A DNA stretch of 64,000 nucleotides from Candidatus Aldehydirespiratoraceae bacterium. Its GTDB lineage: Bacteria > Actinomycetota > Acidimicrobiia > Acidimicrobiales > Aldehydirespiratoraceae. The notes beneath the pieces were generated by a model. It saw only the letters and a list, made by a program, of their open reading frames with translations, did no database searches and was not told the DNA's origin. A program made the position numbers and the translations under genes. This document shows, piece after piece, positions 22,785 through 34,465 of this stretch (positions are counted from its first letter, which is position 1; every line of letters begins with the position of its first letter). The stretch covers positions 2,902,244-2,966,243 of the forward strand of contig OZ242187.1 of the NCBI GenBank assembly GCA_965205465.1, read 5' to 3'.

Positions 22785-24557
22785 ATGCGGGATGAACCAA
22801 TGAACAACAAGCAGCAGATGTGTGGCGGAGTGGCCTTGGTGAAGGCCCTTGAACGCGCGGGAGTTGAAGTGATGTTCGGCTTGCCCGGTGGCGCCATTCT
22901 TCCCGTTTACGACCCGATCATCGACAGTTCGATTCGCCATATCCTCGTGCGCCACGAGCAGGGGGCCGGCCACATGGCCGAGGGCTATGCCCATGCCACG
23001 GGAAGACCCGGCGTGGTCATGGTCACCAGTGGTCCGGCAGCTACCAACGTTGTCACTCCGCTATGCGACGCCTTCCTCGACTCGGTTCCGATGGTCTGCA
23101 TCACCGGACAAGTCCCCTACGCGGCGATCGGGACCGACGCCTTCCAAGAATGCGACACGACCGGCATCACCATGGCGGTCACAAAACACAACTTCTTGGT
23201 CACCGAAGCCCAGGACATTCCGCGAACCATCCGCGCCGCCTTCCACATCGCCACAACCGGGCGCCCTGGCCCGGTGCTCGTCGATATTCCCAAAGACATC
23301 GTCGATCCTGCCAACCCACGTTCGGAGATGACCTGGTATGAAGCAAGCGACACCGACATGGACCTCCCCGGTTATCACCCGATCACCCAAGGCGATCCTG
23401 AGCTGATCCGAGCAGCGGCGGAAATGATCAGCAAGGCGCAACGACCCGTGCTCTATGTGGGCGGGGGGATCCTCAAATCCCGTGCCGCCGAAGCGCTGCT
23501 GGAACTCGCGGAAATGGTTCAAATACCAGTGGTCACCACATTGATGGCCCGTGGTGCCTTCCCCGACAGTCATGACCTGTGCTTGGGCATGCCGGGAATG
23601 CACGGCAATTTCACCGCTGTCACGGCCATGCAACGGTCTGATCTGCTGATCTCGCTGGGTGCCCGCTTCGACGACCGGGTCACCGGCAAACTCGACGGGT
23701 TCGCTCCCGATGCCAAGATCATTCACGTTGATATCGACCCGGCCGAACTGGGCAAGGTTCGCCAAGTCGACATCGGGATTCAAGGTGACTGCCGACTCGT
23801 CATCGAAGACCTCATCACGGCAATGCGTGAGATCGGGGGTACGGACGCGCAAACAGATCGCAGAGAGTGGCGGTCAACTATCTCGGGTTGGCAAGAGAAG
23901 TTTCCGCTCGTCTATGAGCAGTCTGAGCTAGGTGAACGACTCAAGCCGCAATACGTGCTCGAGGAACTGCGCGACAACAACCCAGCGGACACCATCGTCA
24001 CCTCAGGTGTGGGTCAGCATCAGATGTACGCCAGCCAGTATTGGCGCTTCGATTACCCCTACACCTGGATCAACTCCGGCGGACTGGGCACGATGGGTTT
24101 CTCCATCCCCGCGGCCATAGGCGCCAAGGTCGGCAAACCCGACCGCCGTGTGTGGGCTGTGGACGGCGACGGCTGTTTTCAAATGACCGCACAGGAACTC
24201 GTCACCGCCTCGGTCGAAGACATCCCGATCAAGGTCGCTCTGCTCAACAACTCGTATCTGGGCATGGTCCGCCAGTGGCAGGAGATGTTCTACGACGAGC
24301 GGTACAGCGAGGTGTACCTTTCCGAGCAGACCCCCGACTACGTCAAATGGGCTGAAGCGATGGGTTGCGTCGGTATCCGGGTGGAATCCCCCGAAGAAGT
24401 CGCACCGGCCATCACCAAGGCCAACGAAATCAACGACCGTCCGGTCGTGGTCGAGTTCCGTACAGATCCCCGTGAGAACGTCTTCCCCATGGTTCCGGCG
24501 GGCAAAACCAACTCTGAACTCGTGGTTGACCCGAGCCAGCAGGGGTTGGAGCGATGA
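22785..24557 (+). CDS. ilvB: Acetolactate synthase large subunit
   Basis: ThDP enzyme motifs (GGLGTMGFSIPAAIGAK, DGDGCFQMT, NN..LGMVRQWQ). ATGA-coupled to ilvN. ATG 22800 is an alternative start. Confidence 0.95.
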   Translation: MRDEPMNNKQQMCGGVALVKALERAGVEVMFGLPGGAILPVYDPIIDSSIRHILVRHEQGAGHMAEGYAHATGRPGVVMVTSGPAATNVVTPLCDAFLDSVPMVCITGQVPYAAIGTDAFQECDTTGITMAVTKHNFLVTEAQDIPRTIRAAFHIATTGRPGPVLVDIPKDIVDPANPRSEMTWYEASDTDMDLPGYHPITQGDPELIRAAAEMISKAQRPVLYVGGGILKSRAAEALLELAEMVQIPVVTTLMARGAFPDSHDLCLGMPGMHGNFTAVTAMQRSDLLISLGARFDDRVTGKLDGFAPDAKIIHVDIDPAELGKVRQVDIGIQGDCRLVIEDLITAMREIGGTDAQTDRREWRSTISGWQEKFPLVYEQSELGERLKPQYVLEELRDNNPADTIVTSGVGQHQMYASQYWRFDYPYTWINSGGLGTMGFSIPAAIGAKVGKPDRRVWAVDGDGCFQMTAQELVTASVEDIPIKVALLNNSYLGMVRQWQEMFYDERYSEVYLSEQTPDYVKWAEAMGCVGIRVESPEEVAPAITKANEINDRPVVVEFRTDPRENVFPMVPAGKTNSELVVDPSQQGLER

Positions 24558-25045
24558 GCCATCCAGACCGGTTCCATACGATCGTCACGACCGTCGAGAA
24601 CAAACCTGGCGTTCTGGCCCGCGTGTCGGGGCTTTTTGCACGCCGAGGTTTCAATATTGAATCGTTGGCCGTGGCACCAACCGACGATGAGCGCTTCAGC
24701 CGCATCACCTTCACGGTTGATGTCGAATCAGCGCCTCTTGAACAGGTCGTCAAGCAGCTCAACAAGCTCATCAATGTGGTTGAGATCCAGGAGTTGCCGC
24801 CAGAGGACTGCGTATCGAGAGAGTTGATGTTGGTGACCGTTGCTGCTGAGGCGCACAACCGTCGAGAACTGATGGAACTCATTGATGACTGGCGGGCGTA
24901 CGTATTGGCAGAAAACACCGAGAGAATAATGTTGTCGTTCTCAGCTCGTACGGCTCGGCTGGATGAGTTCGAGGAATGTCTGCGACCCTTCGGGATTGTG
25001 GAACTTCAGCGAACCGGACGGGTTGCGCTCCCAGCGCTCGACTGA
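24554..25045 (+). CDS. ilvN: Acetolactate synthase small (regulatory) subunit
   Basis: ACT domain HTIVTTVENKPGVLARVSGLFARRGFNIESLAV. Confidence 0.9.
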   Translation: MSHPDRFHTIVTTVENKPGVLARVSGLFARRGFNIESLAVAPTDDERFSRITFTVDVESAPLEQVVKQLNKLINVVEIQELPPEDCVSRELMLVTVAAEAHNRRELMELIDDWRAYVLAENTERIMLSFSARTARLDEFEECLRPFGIVELQRTGRVALPALD

Positions 25046-26128
<1,083 letters not shown>

Positions 26129-26168
26129 GCCATCCCCGAAGCCCGCCGGCGAGGCTACCGGCGGCGAA

Positions 26169-26561
26169 TCAGGGAAACAGGCCTTGCAGTAGTTTGTAGA
26201 CGATCTGCGCGCAGAAGTAGAGCACGGTCCCCGGGAACCCCCAGAAGACAGCCCAACCCAACCAGCGAATCCACCTGGGCCGGTCCGCGAAGCGGCGATG
26301 GTGGTACGCGGCTTCGAGGGCCTGGATCTCTTCGTCAGGCTCGACTGCGTAGCTCAACAGTTCACGTGCATCCTCGGCGACTTCGTCGCGCACAACGACC
26401 CGAAACCCCGGGTCAGTCACAAGATGAGGAGCGACCGAGTGAGCGGGGTCCGCCATCACCGCTCCTTCCAGACCTGCGTCTGTAAGCATGGCCACTGCCA
26501 AATCAGCGTCGAACTTCGAGTTGTACTCCCCGACGATGCTCATGCCCGATAGTGGTTCCAT
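26169..26561 (-). CDS. DUF2007-like protein with C-terminal membrane anchor
   Basis: Contains SIVGEYNSKFDADLAVAMLTDAGLEGAV (putative signal-transducing fold) and a terminal hydrophobic helix. Start uncertain. Confidence 0.45.
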   Translation of the reverse strand: MEPLSGMSIVGEYNSKFDADLAVAMLTDAGLEGAVMADPAHSVAPHLVTDPGFRVVVRDEVAEDARELLSYAVEPDEEIQALEAAYHHRRFADRPRWIRWLGWAVFWGFPGTVLYFCAQIVYKLLQGLFP

Positions 26562-26654
26562 CCTCAGAAGTCTGGCACCGCAGCATCGCAAAGCGGCACC
26601 TGACCATCGGAGATGTTGTAGATTCCGGCGATCTGATGACTATCGTCACCTCAG

Positions 26655-27590
26655 ATGACCACGGCTATCAGAGTCCGCGAGCTCACCAAGTCTTATGGGA
26701 ATCTGCGTGCCGTCGATGGCATCAGCTTTGACGTCGCTGAGGGCGAGGTCTTGGCGATTTTGGGCCCCAACGGTGCGGGCAAGACAACCACCGTTGAGAT
26801 TCTCGAAGGTCACCGCAGCCGTGACGGCGGCGATGTGTCGGTTTTGGGAACTGATCCTGATCGAGGTGGACCCCGTTTTCGGGACCGCATCGGGATCGTG
26901 TTGCAGGCTGCTGGGGTTGACCGCGAATTGTCGACTCGTGAGGCACTTGAGCTTTACGGTGCGGCGTACTCGAACCCGAGATCGATCGATGAACTGATCG
27001 AACTTGTGGAGTTGACAGACAAGGCCGACGATCGGATTGTTTCGCTTTCTGGCGGGCAGCGTCGCCGGGTGGACTTGGCTCTTGGTTTGATCGGCAATCC
27101 CGAACTGATCTTTCTTGACGAGCCAACCACGGGGTTCGATCCGCGTGCGCGCCGTCGCAGTTGGGATGTCATCTCCAATTTGACTTCGCTCGGCAACACG
27201 ATCGTGTTGACCACGCATTATCTCGACGAAGCCGAGTACTTGGCTGATCGGGTAGCGGTGATGTCGAAGGGACAGATCGTTGCCGACGGTACGCCAGCGG
27301 AACTTCGCAAAACCGTACAGTCCGACACCAAGATTGCCTTCGACCTGCCCCGGCTCGACGAGCCTTTGCTGGGGTTGTTCGAGCCGCTGGCCGGTCAGGG
27401 CCGGGGTCGAGGACGCCGGGTCGAGATCCTGACTCCTGCTCCCACTGCCGATCTCGCTCACGTAACGAGTTGGGCCATGCAACAGGGAATTGAACTCGAC
27501 GGCCTAACCGTCGAATCTGCCGATTTGGAGGATGTGTACTTGAGTCTCGTGGGCGAAGACGAAGAACCCGAAGATTCCGAGGCGCGCTGA
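26655..27590 (+). CDS. ABC transporter ATP-binding protein (DrrA-like)
   Basis: Walker A GPNGAGKTT, signature LSGGQRRR, Walker B LIFLDEPT. Confidence 0.9.
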   Translation: MTTAIRVRELTKSYGNLRAVDGISFDVAEGEVLAILGPNGAGKTTTVEILEGHRSRDGGDVSVLGTDPDRGGPRFRDRIGIVLQAAGVDRELSTREALELYGAAYSNPRSIDELIELVELTDKADDRIVSLSGGQRRRVDLALGLIGNPELIFLDEPTTGFDPRARRRSWDVISNLTSLGNTIVLTTHYLDEAEYLADRVAVMSKGQIVADGTPAELRKTVQSDTKIAFDLPRLDEPLLGLFEPLAGQGRGRGRRVEILTPAPTADLAHVTSWAMQQGIELDGLTVESADLEDVYLSLVGEDEEPEDSEAR

Positions 27591-28420
27591 TGGGTGAGCG
27601 TCTTGGTCCGGGTCGCGTTTCGCTTGTTGTGCGGCATATCCGTGCCCAGAACAGGATCTTCTGGAGGGTGCCGATTGGCGCCTTCTTCGCGCTCTTCCTG
27701 CCAGTGATGATGCTGGTGTTGTTTGTTGCCTTGTTCGGTTCGGATACCTACACCACCGAGTACGGCGAGGTATCACGGGCACAGTTCTACACGCCTGCTT
27801 TGGCAGTGTTCGCGGTCGCCAGCGCGACTTTCACGAACCTTGCCATCAATCTGTCGATCCGACGCGATGAAGGGATTTTGCGGAGGGTCCGAGGCACGCC
27901 GCTGCCTCGGTGGATCTATTTGGCAGGCGTTATTGGTTCATCGGTCTATATGGCTTTGCTGGGCACTGTGGCGGTGGTGACGCTCGGAGTGGTGGCCTAC
28001 GGCGTCAACATCGAAATGGCGAAGGTTCCGGCGATGCTGGTGGCGCTCGTGTTGGGTGCGACGGCGTTCGCGACTTGGGGTGTTGCGATGGCGGCTCTCG
28101 CCCGAAGTGCTGCGGCAGCGCCTGCGGTGGCCAACGCAGTGATCCTGCCGATGGCGTTCGTGTCCAACGTCTTTGTCTCATTCGAGGGTGAAGCTCCAGC
28201 ATGGCTGCTGTTGGTCGGTGACACTTTCCCGCTACGCCACTTCGTGATCTCCTTCGGCGAAGCCATGAGTCCCTTCAGCGAGGCACCTGCTTTCCTTCCA
28301 GAACGTCTGGCTGTGCTGGTGGCGTGGACTGTTGTCGGGGCATTGGTTGCCTGGCGCAAGTTTCGTTGGGAACCAGCCGTCGGTGCTTCCTCAACCCGCA
28401 GCCGCCGCGGGAATCGGTGA
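27590..28420 (+). CDS. ABC-2 type transporter permease
   Basis: 276 aa with 6 hydrophobic helices. TGATG coupling to the upstream ATPase gene. Confidence 0.85.
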   Translation: MGERLGPGRVSLVVRHIRAQNRIFWRVPIGAFFALFLPVMMLVLFVALFGSDTYTTEYGEVSRAQFYTPALAVFAVASATFTNLAINLSIRRDEGILRRVRGTPLPRWIYLAGVIGSSVYMALLGTVAVVTLGVVAYGVNIEMAKVPAMLVALVLGATAFATWGVAMAALARSAAAAPAVANAVILPMAFVSNVFVSFEGEAPAWLLLVGDTFPLRHFVISFGEAMSPFSEAPAFLPERLAVLVAWTVVGALVAWRKFRWEPAVGASSTRSRRGNR

Positions 28421-28492
28421 GCCCAAACCTCGGCAGCATTCGACGCATGAGTCTCTTCAGTAACCTCACGCCAACGTTGTACGCACTTTGGG

Positions 28493-29680
28493 ATGTCCGT
28501 TACTTTTACCGGACAGACTTGTAGCGACGACAAGGAGCAGGCAGTGCTCAGCAAATTCGACGATTACCCGATCCACCAGACGCCGGAACCCATCGCCCAT
28601 CCGGCGAGCAGCGACAAGGACACCTACGAGCGCTACTGGTTCAACGGTTACTCAACAACCGGTGACATGTACCTCGGCATAGGAACCGCGCTCTACCCCC
28701 ATCTCAGCATCCAGGACTGCGGGATTTCTATTGTCTATGAGGGGCGTCAGTATGCCTTCCACGCATCGGCTCGCGCCGGCGCAGAACCCAGCGAGATGCG
28801 GGTCGGGCCGTTCAATCTCCAGATCGTCGATCCGATGCGGTCTTGTCGGGTGACACTTGATCGCAACGACACAGATTTCGCTTGTGACCTGCTGTTTGAG
28901 GGACGCACAGGCAATGTGGAAGAACCTCGTCACCATTTCGGAACCGGCCTTCGCAAGAGCATGGACACCACCCGTTTCGCTCAGCTCGGGCATTGGAGCG
29001 GTTGGATCGAGTTCGGCGGACAAAGGCTGGATCTCGAACGCTCCCAAACCTGGGGAACAAAAGACCGTTCATGGGGCATCCGACCTCTGATCGGCGGCGA
29101 TACCCGCGGAGCACCGCAACCTCCGCGAGAAGGAGGGATCTTCTTCCTGTGGGCACCGATCAATTTCGAGGACATGTGCATCCACTATCAACTCTTCGAA
29201 GACTTCAAGGGGCGCCCGCTCTTCAACGTCGGAGCGATTCTGCCGGTCTACGAATCGCCCGCCGACATTCCGGGTGTTGAGGATGATGCCGCAAACGACA
29301 TGCGCAACCTTGAGCACAAACTCACATTCAAATCAGGCATCCGGATGGTGAACGATGCCACCATCGCCATGACCTCGATTGATGATGGAACCCGCCACGA
29401 AGTGCACCTTGAGCCGATTTTCACCTTTCGCATGAAGGGCATTGGTTACATGCATCCCAAATGGGTGCACGGCCAGTGGCATGGCGAGTTGGAGATGGAG
29501 AGCGAGTCGTGGTCGCTTGATGGAGTAGATGAGATGGCATATGAGAATCAGCATGTCCAGCACCTCGTCTGGGCGGACTACGGCGACCGGCGCGGAATCG
29601 GCGTGCTTGAGCAAGTAATGCTCGGCCCATACCGCCCCTACGGACTTGAAGGCGGCTGGCAAGCCCCTTCCTACGACTGA
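28493..29680 (+). CDS. Conserved hypothetical soluble protein
   Basis: 395-aa ORF with coding-like composition. No motif I can name. Start uncertain. Confidence 0.55.
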   Translation: MSVTFTGQTCSDDKEQAVLSKFDDYPIHQTPEPIAHPASSDKDTYERYWFNGYSTTGDMYLGIGTALYPHLSIQDCGISIVYEGRQYAFHASARAGAEPSEMRVGPFNLQIVDPMRSCRVTLDRNDTDFACDLLFEGRTGNVEEPRHHFGTGLRKSMDTTRFAQLGHWSGWIEFGGQRLDLERSQTWGTKDRSWGIRPLIGGDTRGAPQPPREGGIFFLWAPINFEDMCIHYQLFEDFKGRPLFNVGAILPVYESPADIPGVEDDAANDMRNLEHKLTFKSGIRMVNDATIAMTSIDDGTRHEVHLEPIFTFRMKGIGYMHPKWVHGQWHGELEMESESWSLDGVDEMAYENQHVQHLVWADYGDRRGIGVLEQVMLGPYRPYGLEGGWQAPSYD

Positions 29681-29775
29681 TTCTCCGTTTCCGACTCGCG
29701 CCCCCGAAATCTGCGCGTTCAGCTACATCTAGTGTGGTTAATCGCGCAGATTTGGCGGGATTCAGCGGGGCTGGT

Positions 29776-30507
29776 TCAGCTTGCGGGGTCGATGAGACGG
29801 AACGCTTCGGCATACCGCACGCCTCCGCGGCGGCCATGATCTCGTGCTTCGCGCAGTATCCGTTGGCGAAACTCCTGTGCTTGAGTGCCGTCGTCGTCGG
29901 CGTCGATCTCCATGGTGGTTTCGAATTGAGACTCGTGAGCGAGTAGCGCCGAGACCTTGGCGTCGAGATGCGATTGCTCGACAGCTTCGAGGTGGTTGGG
30001 TTCCTCGCACTCAAACAGCAGCAGCGCCGCCGGCCGATGATGGGCGACGCCATGCTCGCGGTGGTAGTGGGGGTCGCGGGCGGCGACCACCGAGTCAACG
30101 GTCAGCCAGCCGGCGGCCCGATGATCGGGGTGAATCCGCCAGCGCTGCCACGGGTCGTGTCCCAACACCACCTCAGGTTGCAGCTCACGGATGATGCGGC
30201 TGAGGTGGCTGCGCCGCTCGACGGTGTGGTCGAGTTCGCCGTCTTCGGCTCCCAGGAAGCGCACTTCGCCGGTGGCCCCGAGTCGGCGGGCGGCTTCTTG
30301 CTGTTCGGTTTGTCGGCGGGCTGTGAGCGCAGCTGTGTCGGCGTCGACGTCCCAGGTGCCCTTGCTCCCGTCGGTACAGATCAGCAGATGAACTGTCGCC
30401 CCAGCCTCGGCCCACTTGGCCAGCGTGGCTCCGCACTCGAACTCCACGTCGTCTGGATGCGCGGCGACCGCTAGTGCGGAGGTGGGTGGTGGAAGGTCGA
30501 TACGCAT
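29776..30507 (-). CDS. PIG-L/LmbE-family deacetylase
   Basis: The motif AHPDDVEFECGATLAKW, followed by HPDH. Confidence 0.8.
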   Translation of the reverse strand: MRIDLPPPTSALAVAAHPDDVEFECGATLAKWAEAGATVHLLICTDGSKGTWDVDADTAALTARRQTEQQEAARRLGATGEVRFLGAEDGELDHTVERRSHLSRIIRELQPEVVLGHDPWQRWRIHPDHRAAGWLTVDSVVAARDPHYHREHGVAHHRPAALLLFECEEPNHLEAVEQSHLDAKVSALLAHESQFETTMEIDADDDGTQAQEFRQRILREARDHGRRGGVRYAEAFRLIDPAS

Positions 30508-30517
30508 GGCTCGGCAC

Positions 30518-31129
30518 CTAGCAGGTGGTGGGGGCGTGGTCGCGTGTTGGGTTGATCAGGCGTGATGGCAGATCAGCGGGGTTGTCCACATCCCAAGCCA
30601 AAGAAGCATCGTCGATCTCGGTGAAGTCGAGTCCCAACCGAGCCGATTCGGCACGGTGCTTTGCGAACGAGCCGAGGCCATAGGCGAAAGTGAAACCCGT
30701 GTTGGTAGGCAAACTCATCACATTGGAGCCGTCACGGTGTCGATCAGGAGCTATCGCTACTCCGGTACCGGTCACGACCCGTAGGTCCGACGCGTATGGC
30801 AGATCGGCGTGGGCGATGATGATCCGTGACGCCCCTGCGTCGGCCGCGACCGCGGCGGCCACTGTCATGGCACTGTTGAGTCCGTTCACGCCGACCGCGC
30901 AGCTTGAGGTTCCGAGCGCTTGTGCCCAGTTCGCCACCTCGTCGTCGTCGGTGACCACCCAGACCGGCAAGTCATGCGCGGCAGCTACCACAGTCTCTGC
31001 CATTCGGCGCATCAGCGCCTTGCGCGCTTGCGTGTCGAGTGAGGAGGCAAGACGGCTTTTGGCATCGTCGAACGAGCGGATCGGCACCAACACAATCGTG
31101 TCGTTCGCTGCAGGTTCGCTCAGAGCCAC
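30518..31129 (-). CDS. cofC: 2-phospho-L-lactate/phosphoenolpyruvate guanylyltransferase (F420 biosynthesis)
   Basis: Contains IVLVPIRSFDDAKSRL. Length and layout are typical of CofC/FbiD. Confidence 0.7.
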   Translation of the reverse strand: MALSEPAANDTIVLVPIRSFDDAKSRLASSLDTQARKALMRRMAETVVAAAHDLPVWVVTDDDEVANWAQALGTSSCAVGVNGLNSAMTVAAAVAADAGASRIIIAHADLPYASDLRVVTGTGVAIAPDRHRDGSNVMSLPTNTGFTFAYGLGSFAKHRAESARLGLDFTEIDDASLAWDVDNPADLPSRLINPTRDHAPTTC

Positions 31130-31212
31130 GATTTTGTGAGTCTACGGTTCCTTGTCACCCGGTCTTGCACGCGAGTCGGTTGGGGTTTGGTTTGCTGGCC
31201 TAGGGTGACGGC

Positions 31213-32202
31213 ATGGAAATGCAAGTTGCCGTTGTGGGAGCAGGATCCTGGGGGACCACAGTCGCCCATCTGAGCGCCCACAATGTTGCGACAACCCTGT
31301 ACAGCCGCCGTGAAGAAGTAGCGGAGGCCATCAATACTCGCCATGAGAACCCGCGGTACTTGCCCGGATACCAACTCCACCCGTCTCTGCGCTCCTCAAG
31401 CGATCTGGCCGCGGTGGTGTCTGCGGCTGATGTGTTGGTGATGGGAGTGCCGTCGGCGGGGTTTCGTGACACGCTCAAAGAGCTGCGCCCGAGCCTTCGA
31501 CCCTGGGTGCCGGTCGTGTCACTGGCGAAGGGTCTGGAACTCTCAACCCGCCAGCGGATGACCCAAGTAGCCGAAGACGAATTGCCCGGCCACCCCGTCG
31601 GCGTGCTTACCGGCCCCAACCTCGCCAAAGAAATCCTGGCAGGCGACGCCGCGGCCGCGGTCATCGCCTTTGACGACGAAACCATCGCCCAACGCCTCCA
31701 AGACGTGTTCTCCACGGACCTGTTCAGGGTGTACACCAACACAGATGTGCTCGGCTGTGAGATCGGCGGTGCATTGAAGAACGTGATCGCGCTCGCCGCG
31801 GGGATGGCCGATGGACTCGGCACCGGAGACAACACCCGGGCCGCGGTGATAACCCGTGGTCTTGCTGAGTTGACTCGGCTGGGCGTGGCGATGGGTGGCG
31901 AACCTGCCACCTTCGCCGGTCTTGCCGGAATGGGAGACCTACTTGCTACTTGCATGAGTCCGCAGAGCCGGAATCGCCATGTGGGAGAACAACTCGGACG
32001 GGGTCGTTCGCTTGACGACATCAACGCGGAGATGGACCAGGTGGCCGAAGGCGTCAAATCAGCGACAGTAGTGCTTGAACTCGCCGCCGAATACGACGTG
32101 TACATGCCGATCTCCCAGGAGGTGCACGCGTGTGTCCAGGGCCTCAAAGGTGCAGATGACGCATACCGAGGCCTCATCGAACGAGAGATAACCCGCGAGT
32201 AG
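31213..32202 (+). CDS. gpsA: NAD(P)H-dependent glycerol-3-phosphate dehydrogenase
   Basis: Contains VAVVGAGSWGTTVA, GALKNVIALAAG and EGV. Confidence 0.9.
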   Translation: MEMQVAVVGAGSWGTTVAHLSAHNVATTLYSRREEVAEAINTRHENPRYLPGYQLHPSLRSSSDLAAVVSAADVLVMGVPSAGFRDTLKELRPSLRPWVPVVSLAKGLELSTRQRMTQVAEDELPGHPVGVLTGPNLAKEILAGDAAAAVIAFDDETIAQRLQDVFSTDLFRVYTNTDVLGCEIGGALKNVIALAAGMADGLGTGDNTRAAVITRGLAELTRLGVAMGGEPATFAGLAGMGDLLATCMSPQSRNRHVGEQLGRGRSLDDINAEMDQVAEGVKSATVVLELAAEYDVYMPISQEVHACVQGLKGADDAYRGLIEREITRE

Positions 32203-32204
32203 CG

Positions 32205-33656
32205 GTGAGGCTCAGGTGGGGAATGTGGGGCCGGTTGGCTCGACGGGCTCGGGGTGCCAATAGTGAGCCCCCTCCGCTTGAGGGGGCGGTAATTGGTGAC
32301 CTCGAAGGTCCGGTAGCAGTTCTTGATGAACGTGGCCGGCTACAAATGATCGATCGCAGATGGTCGTTCGAATGGGGGGTCGGTGTCGGGGATCGTTGGC
32401 GTGTGGCGCATACCACCACCGGTCCTCGTCGGCACCGGATCGACGACGCACCGGTCTACGAGACTCGGTTACGGGTGCCCGCAGGTGACGTTGTCCACCG
32501 TGTGGCGGTCGCCAACGACGGGGTCAGCAGAGCTGTCGTCGTCGAGTTTGAGAACGCGTCCTCTGATGCTGTTGCGGTTGCGCTCGTGGGCCGTGCTTAC
32601 GGCGTTGAACTGGCAGCCACCCGCGATGCCGTCAGTCTTGGCGGTCAGGTGTGGATCCAGCCCGAGCGTCAAGCGGGGGGAGTGGTAGCAGTCTGTGGCG
32701 CACAGGACCCTTGGTCGGAAATCTCCCGAGACCCACCCACAGCCCCGGTCTCGGCTCGCGGCACAGAGGTAGCGGCGGGTCTGGTGATGACGTTGCCGCA
32801 TCGTCAAACCGTCACGTTCCAAGTGGCGATTGAAGGCGACCCGCCGCAACAACCAGCCACCCCAGCCGAGATTGCCTCGGGATGGCGGGCCGTCACCGCC
32901 GATGCGCTGACCGTCGATGTCGCAGACGATGATCTCGGCACAGCCTGGCGGCGGATCCTTGGTGACCTTGTCGTACAAGCAGGATCCGACGATCCCCGCA
33001 GCGCTGCCGAAGCCGCCCCGATTCTCGACATTGCCGGCCTCGACCGTGAAGCCGATAGGGCACGGACCGCAGTAGTTTCGTCCGCGGAGGCCGGACTTCT
33101 CAGTGGCGAAGCAGCCGTGGCTGCGTTGCGATCATTGGCCTCTCGGGAACTGCGAATCGGAAAAATCTCCGGTCTTGACGAACTCGCCGATGTGTTGGTA
33201 GCCGGCGCTTCGGCCTCGCTTGACTCTGAAACTGCGTCCCAGCTGGCTTGGGCTTTGGAAGCCAACGCACCGCGCTCCGCAGCCGCCGCAATCCGGCTTG
33301 CCGCCTCAGTTGATCCGGATGTCGGGTATCAGCCTTCGACGCCGGCTGCGCTGGCGGCAGATCGCGTCTTGAGCACATTGGTTGACGATTCGCGCCTCAA
33401 CCACATTGACCTGCTTCCCGAAATACCGCCTGAGTGGTTCGGCCGACCCGTTGATGTACGCGGCTTCGGTACCGTCTGGGGGCGCATCTCGTTCAGCGTG
33501 CGTTGGCATGGCCGTCGGCCCGCTCTGCTTTGGGAACGAACCGGTAGCCACGACCGAGTCGAACTGCGCTGCGGAGGCATCGACCCTTCATGGTCCACCG
33601 TCGAACGCCAAGGCGAGACCTTGCTCGCAGAGCCCTTTTGGGCGCCGCGTGAGTAG
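32205..33656 (+). CDS. Hypothetical protein
   Basis: 483-aa ORF with coding-like composition. No assignable motif. Start uncertain. Confidence 0.5.
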   Translation: MRLRWGMWGRLARRARGANSEPPPLEGAVIGDLEGPVAVLDERGRLQMIDRRWSFEWGVGVGDRWRVAHTTTGPRRHRIDDAPVYETRLRVPAGDVVHRVAVANDGVSRAVVVEFENASSDAVAVALVGRAYGVELAATRDAVSLGGQVWIQPERQAGGVVAVCGAQDPWSEISRDPPTAPVSARGTEVAAGLVMTLPHRQTVTFQVAIEGDPPQQPATPAEIASGWRAVTADALTVDVADDDLGTAWRRILGDLVVQAGSDDPRSAAEAAPILDIAGLDREADRARTAVVSSAEAGLLSGEAAVAALRSLASRELRIGKISGLDELADVLVAGASASLDSETASQLAWALEANAPRSAAAAIRLAASVDPDVGYQPSTPAALAADRVLSTLVDDSRLNHIDLLPEIPPEWFGRPVDVRGFGTVWGRISFSVRWHGRRPALLWERTGSHDRVELRCGGIDPSWSTVERQGETLLAEPFWAPRE

Positions 33657-33710
33657 TCCAGCCATACCACACAGGGTGATGGTTCAGGTCTCGGTTGCGG
33701 GTCGGTTAGG

Positions 33711-34418
33711 GTGCAATTGATGGTTGCCACCACTAGGCCGCTGCGCCCGTCGATCAAAAACAAAGCTCCGGGATTACGGCTCGAAAAAGACTTGTGGGCG
33801 GCCGGCAACCAGGTAGTTGCGGGTATCGATGAGGTCGGGCGCGGATCATGGGCCGGTCCGCTCACTCTTGCCGCGGTTGTAGTACCTCAGGGCAGACGGC
33901 TCTACAAGGTGCGCGACTCCAAGATGCTCACCGAACCCGAGCGTGAGGTGATGCACGATCGAATTCTGGACTGGGCTAGCCGGGTTTCTGTGGCGCACGC
34001 CAGCCAACAAGAATGCGATGAACTTGGCATGTCGGCTGCGCAGAAGCTCGCCGCGCAACGTGCCCTGAACGGTCTCGGTGAGCCGGTTGACCATGTCCTC
34101 GTTGACGGAAATTGGGACTTTGTGGAGTCTGTCCCGACCACCAAGGTCGTCAAGGGCGACGCGCTGAGCCTGTCTATTGCGGCCGCTTCGATCGTGGCGA
34201 AGGTCACCCGTGATCGCATCATGAGTGACTGGGACCGGTACTATCCGGCGTTCGGATTTGCCAGCAACAAGGGTTATCCCTGCCCCCGTCACAAGGCTGC
34301 GCTTGCGGCGTTCGGACCGACATCGGTGCATCGGCGCAGCTGGGTGTTCATGGATGACCTGCGTTGGACTGCCGTGCCTCGCACCGTCGAAGACGACCCC
34401 CAGTTGGGCCTCTTCTGA
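33711..34418 (+). CDS. rnhB: Ribonuclease HII
   Basis: Contains GIDEVGRGSWAGPL and DSKMLTEPERE. The start may lie downstream of 33711. Confidence 0.85.
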   Translation: MQLMVATTRPLRPSIKNKAPGLRLEKDLWAAGNQVVAGIDEVGRGSWAGPLTLAAVVVPQGRRLYKVRDSKMLTEPEREVMHDRILDWASRVSVAHASQQECDELGMSAAQKLAAQRALNGLGEPVDHVLVDGNWDFVESVPTTKVVKGDALSLSIAAASIVAKVTRDRIMSDWDRYYPAFGFASNKGYPCPRHKAALAAFGPTSVHRRSWVFMDDLRWTAVPRTVEDDPQLGLF

Positions 34419-34465
34419 TCCGTCTTCCGCTCAGCCCCGCCCAACCCGGGTAACCTGCTGACGCA

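Noticed and set aside
26129-26168. GC-rich hairpin CGCCGG-8nt-CCGGCG after ilvC as a terminator
   Set aside because: No U-tract on either strand and only a 6-bp stem. Not enough to call.
26646-27482. 278-aa minus-strand ORF opposite the ABC ATPase gene
   Set aside because: No motifs. The plus frame has Walker A, signature and Walker B motifs.
31200-32177. 325-aa minus-strand ORF antisense to gpsA
   Set aside because: Ser/Arg/Pro/Ala-rich with no motifs. It exactly shadows a well-supported plus-strand gene, a typical high-G+C antisense ORF.
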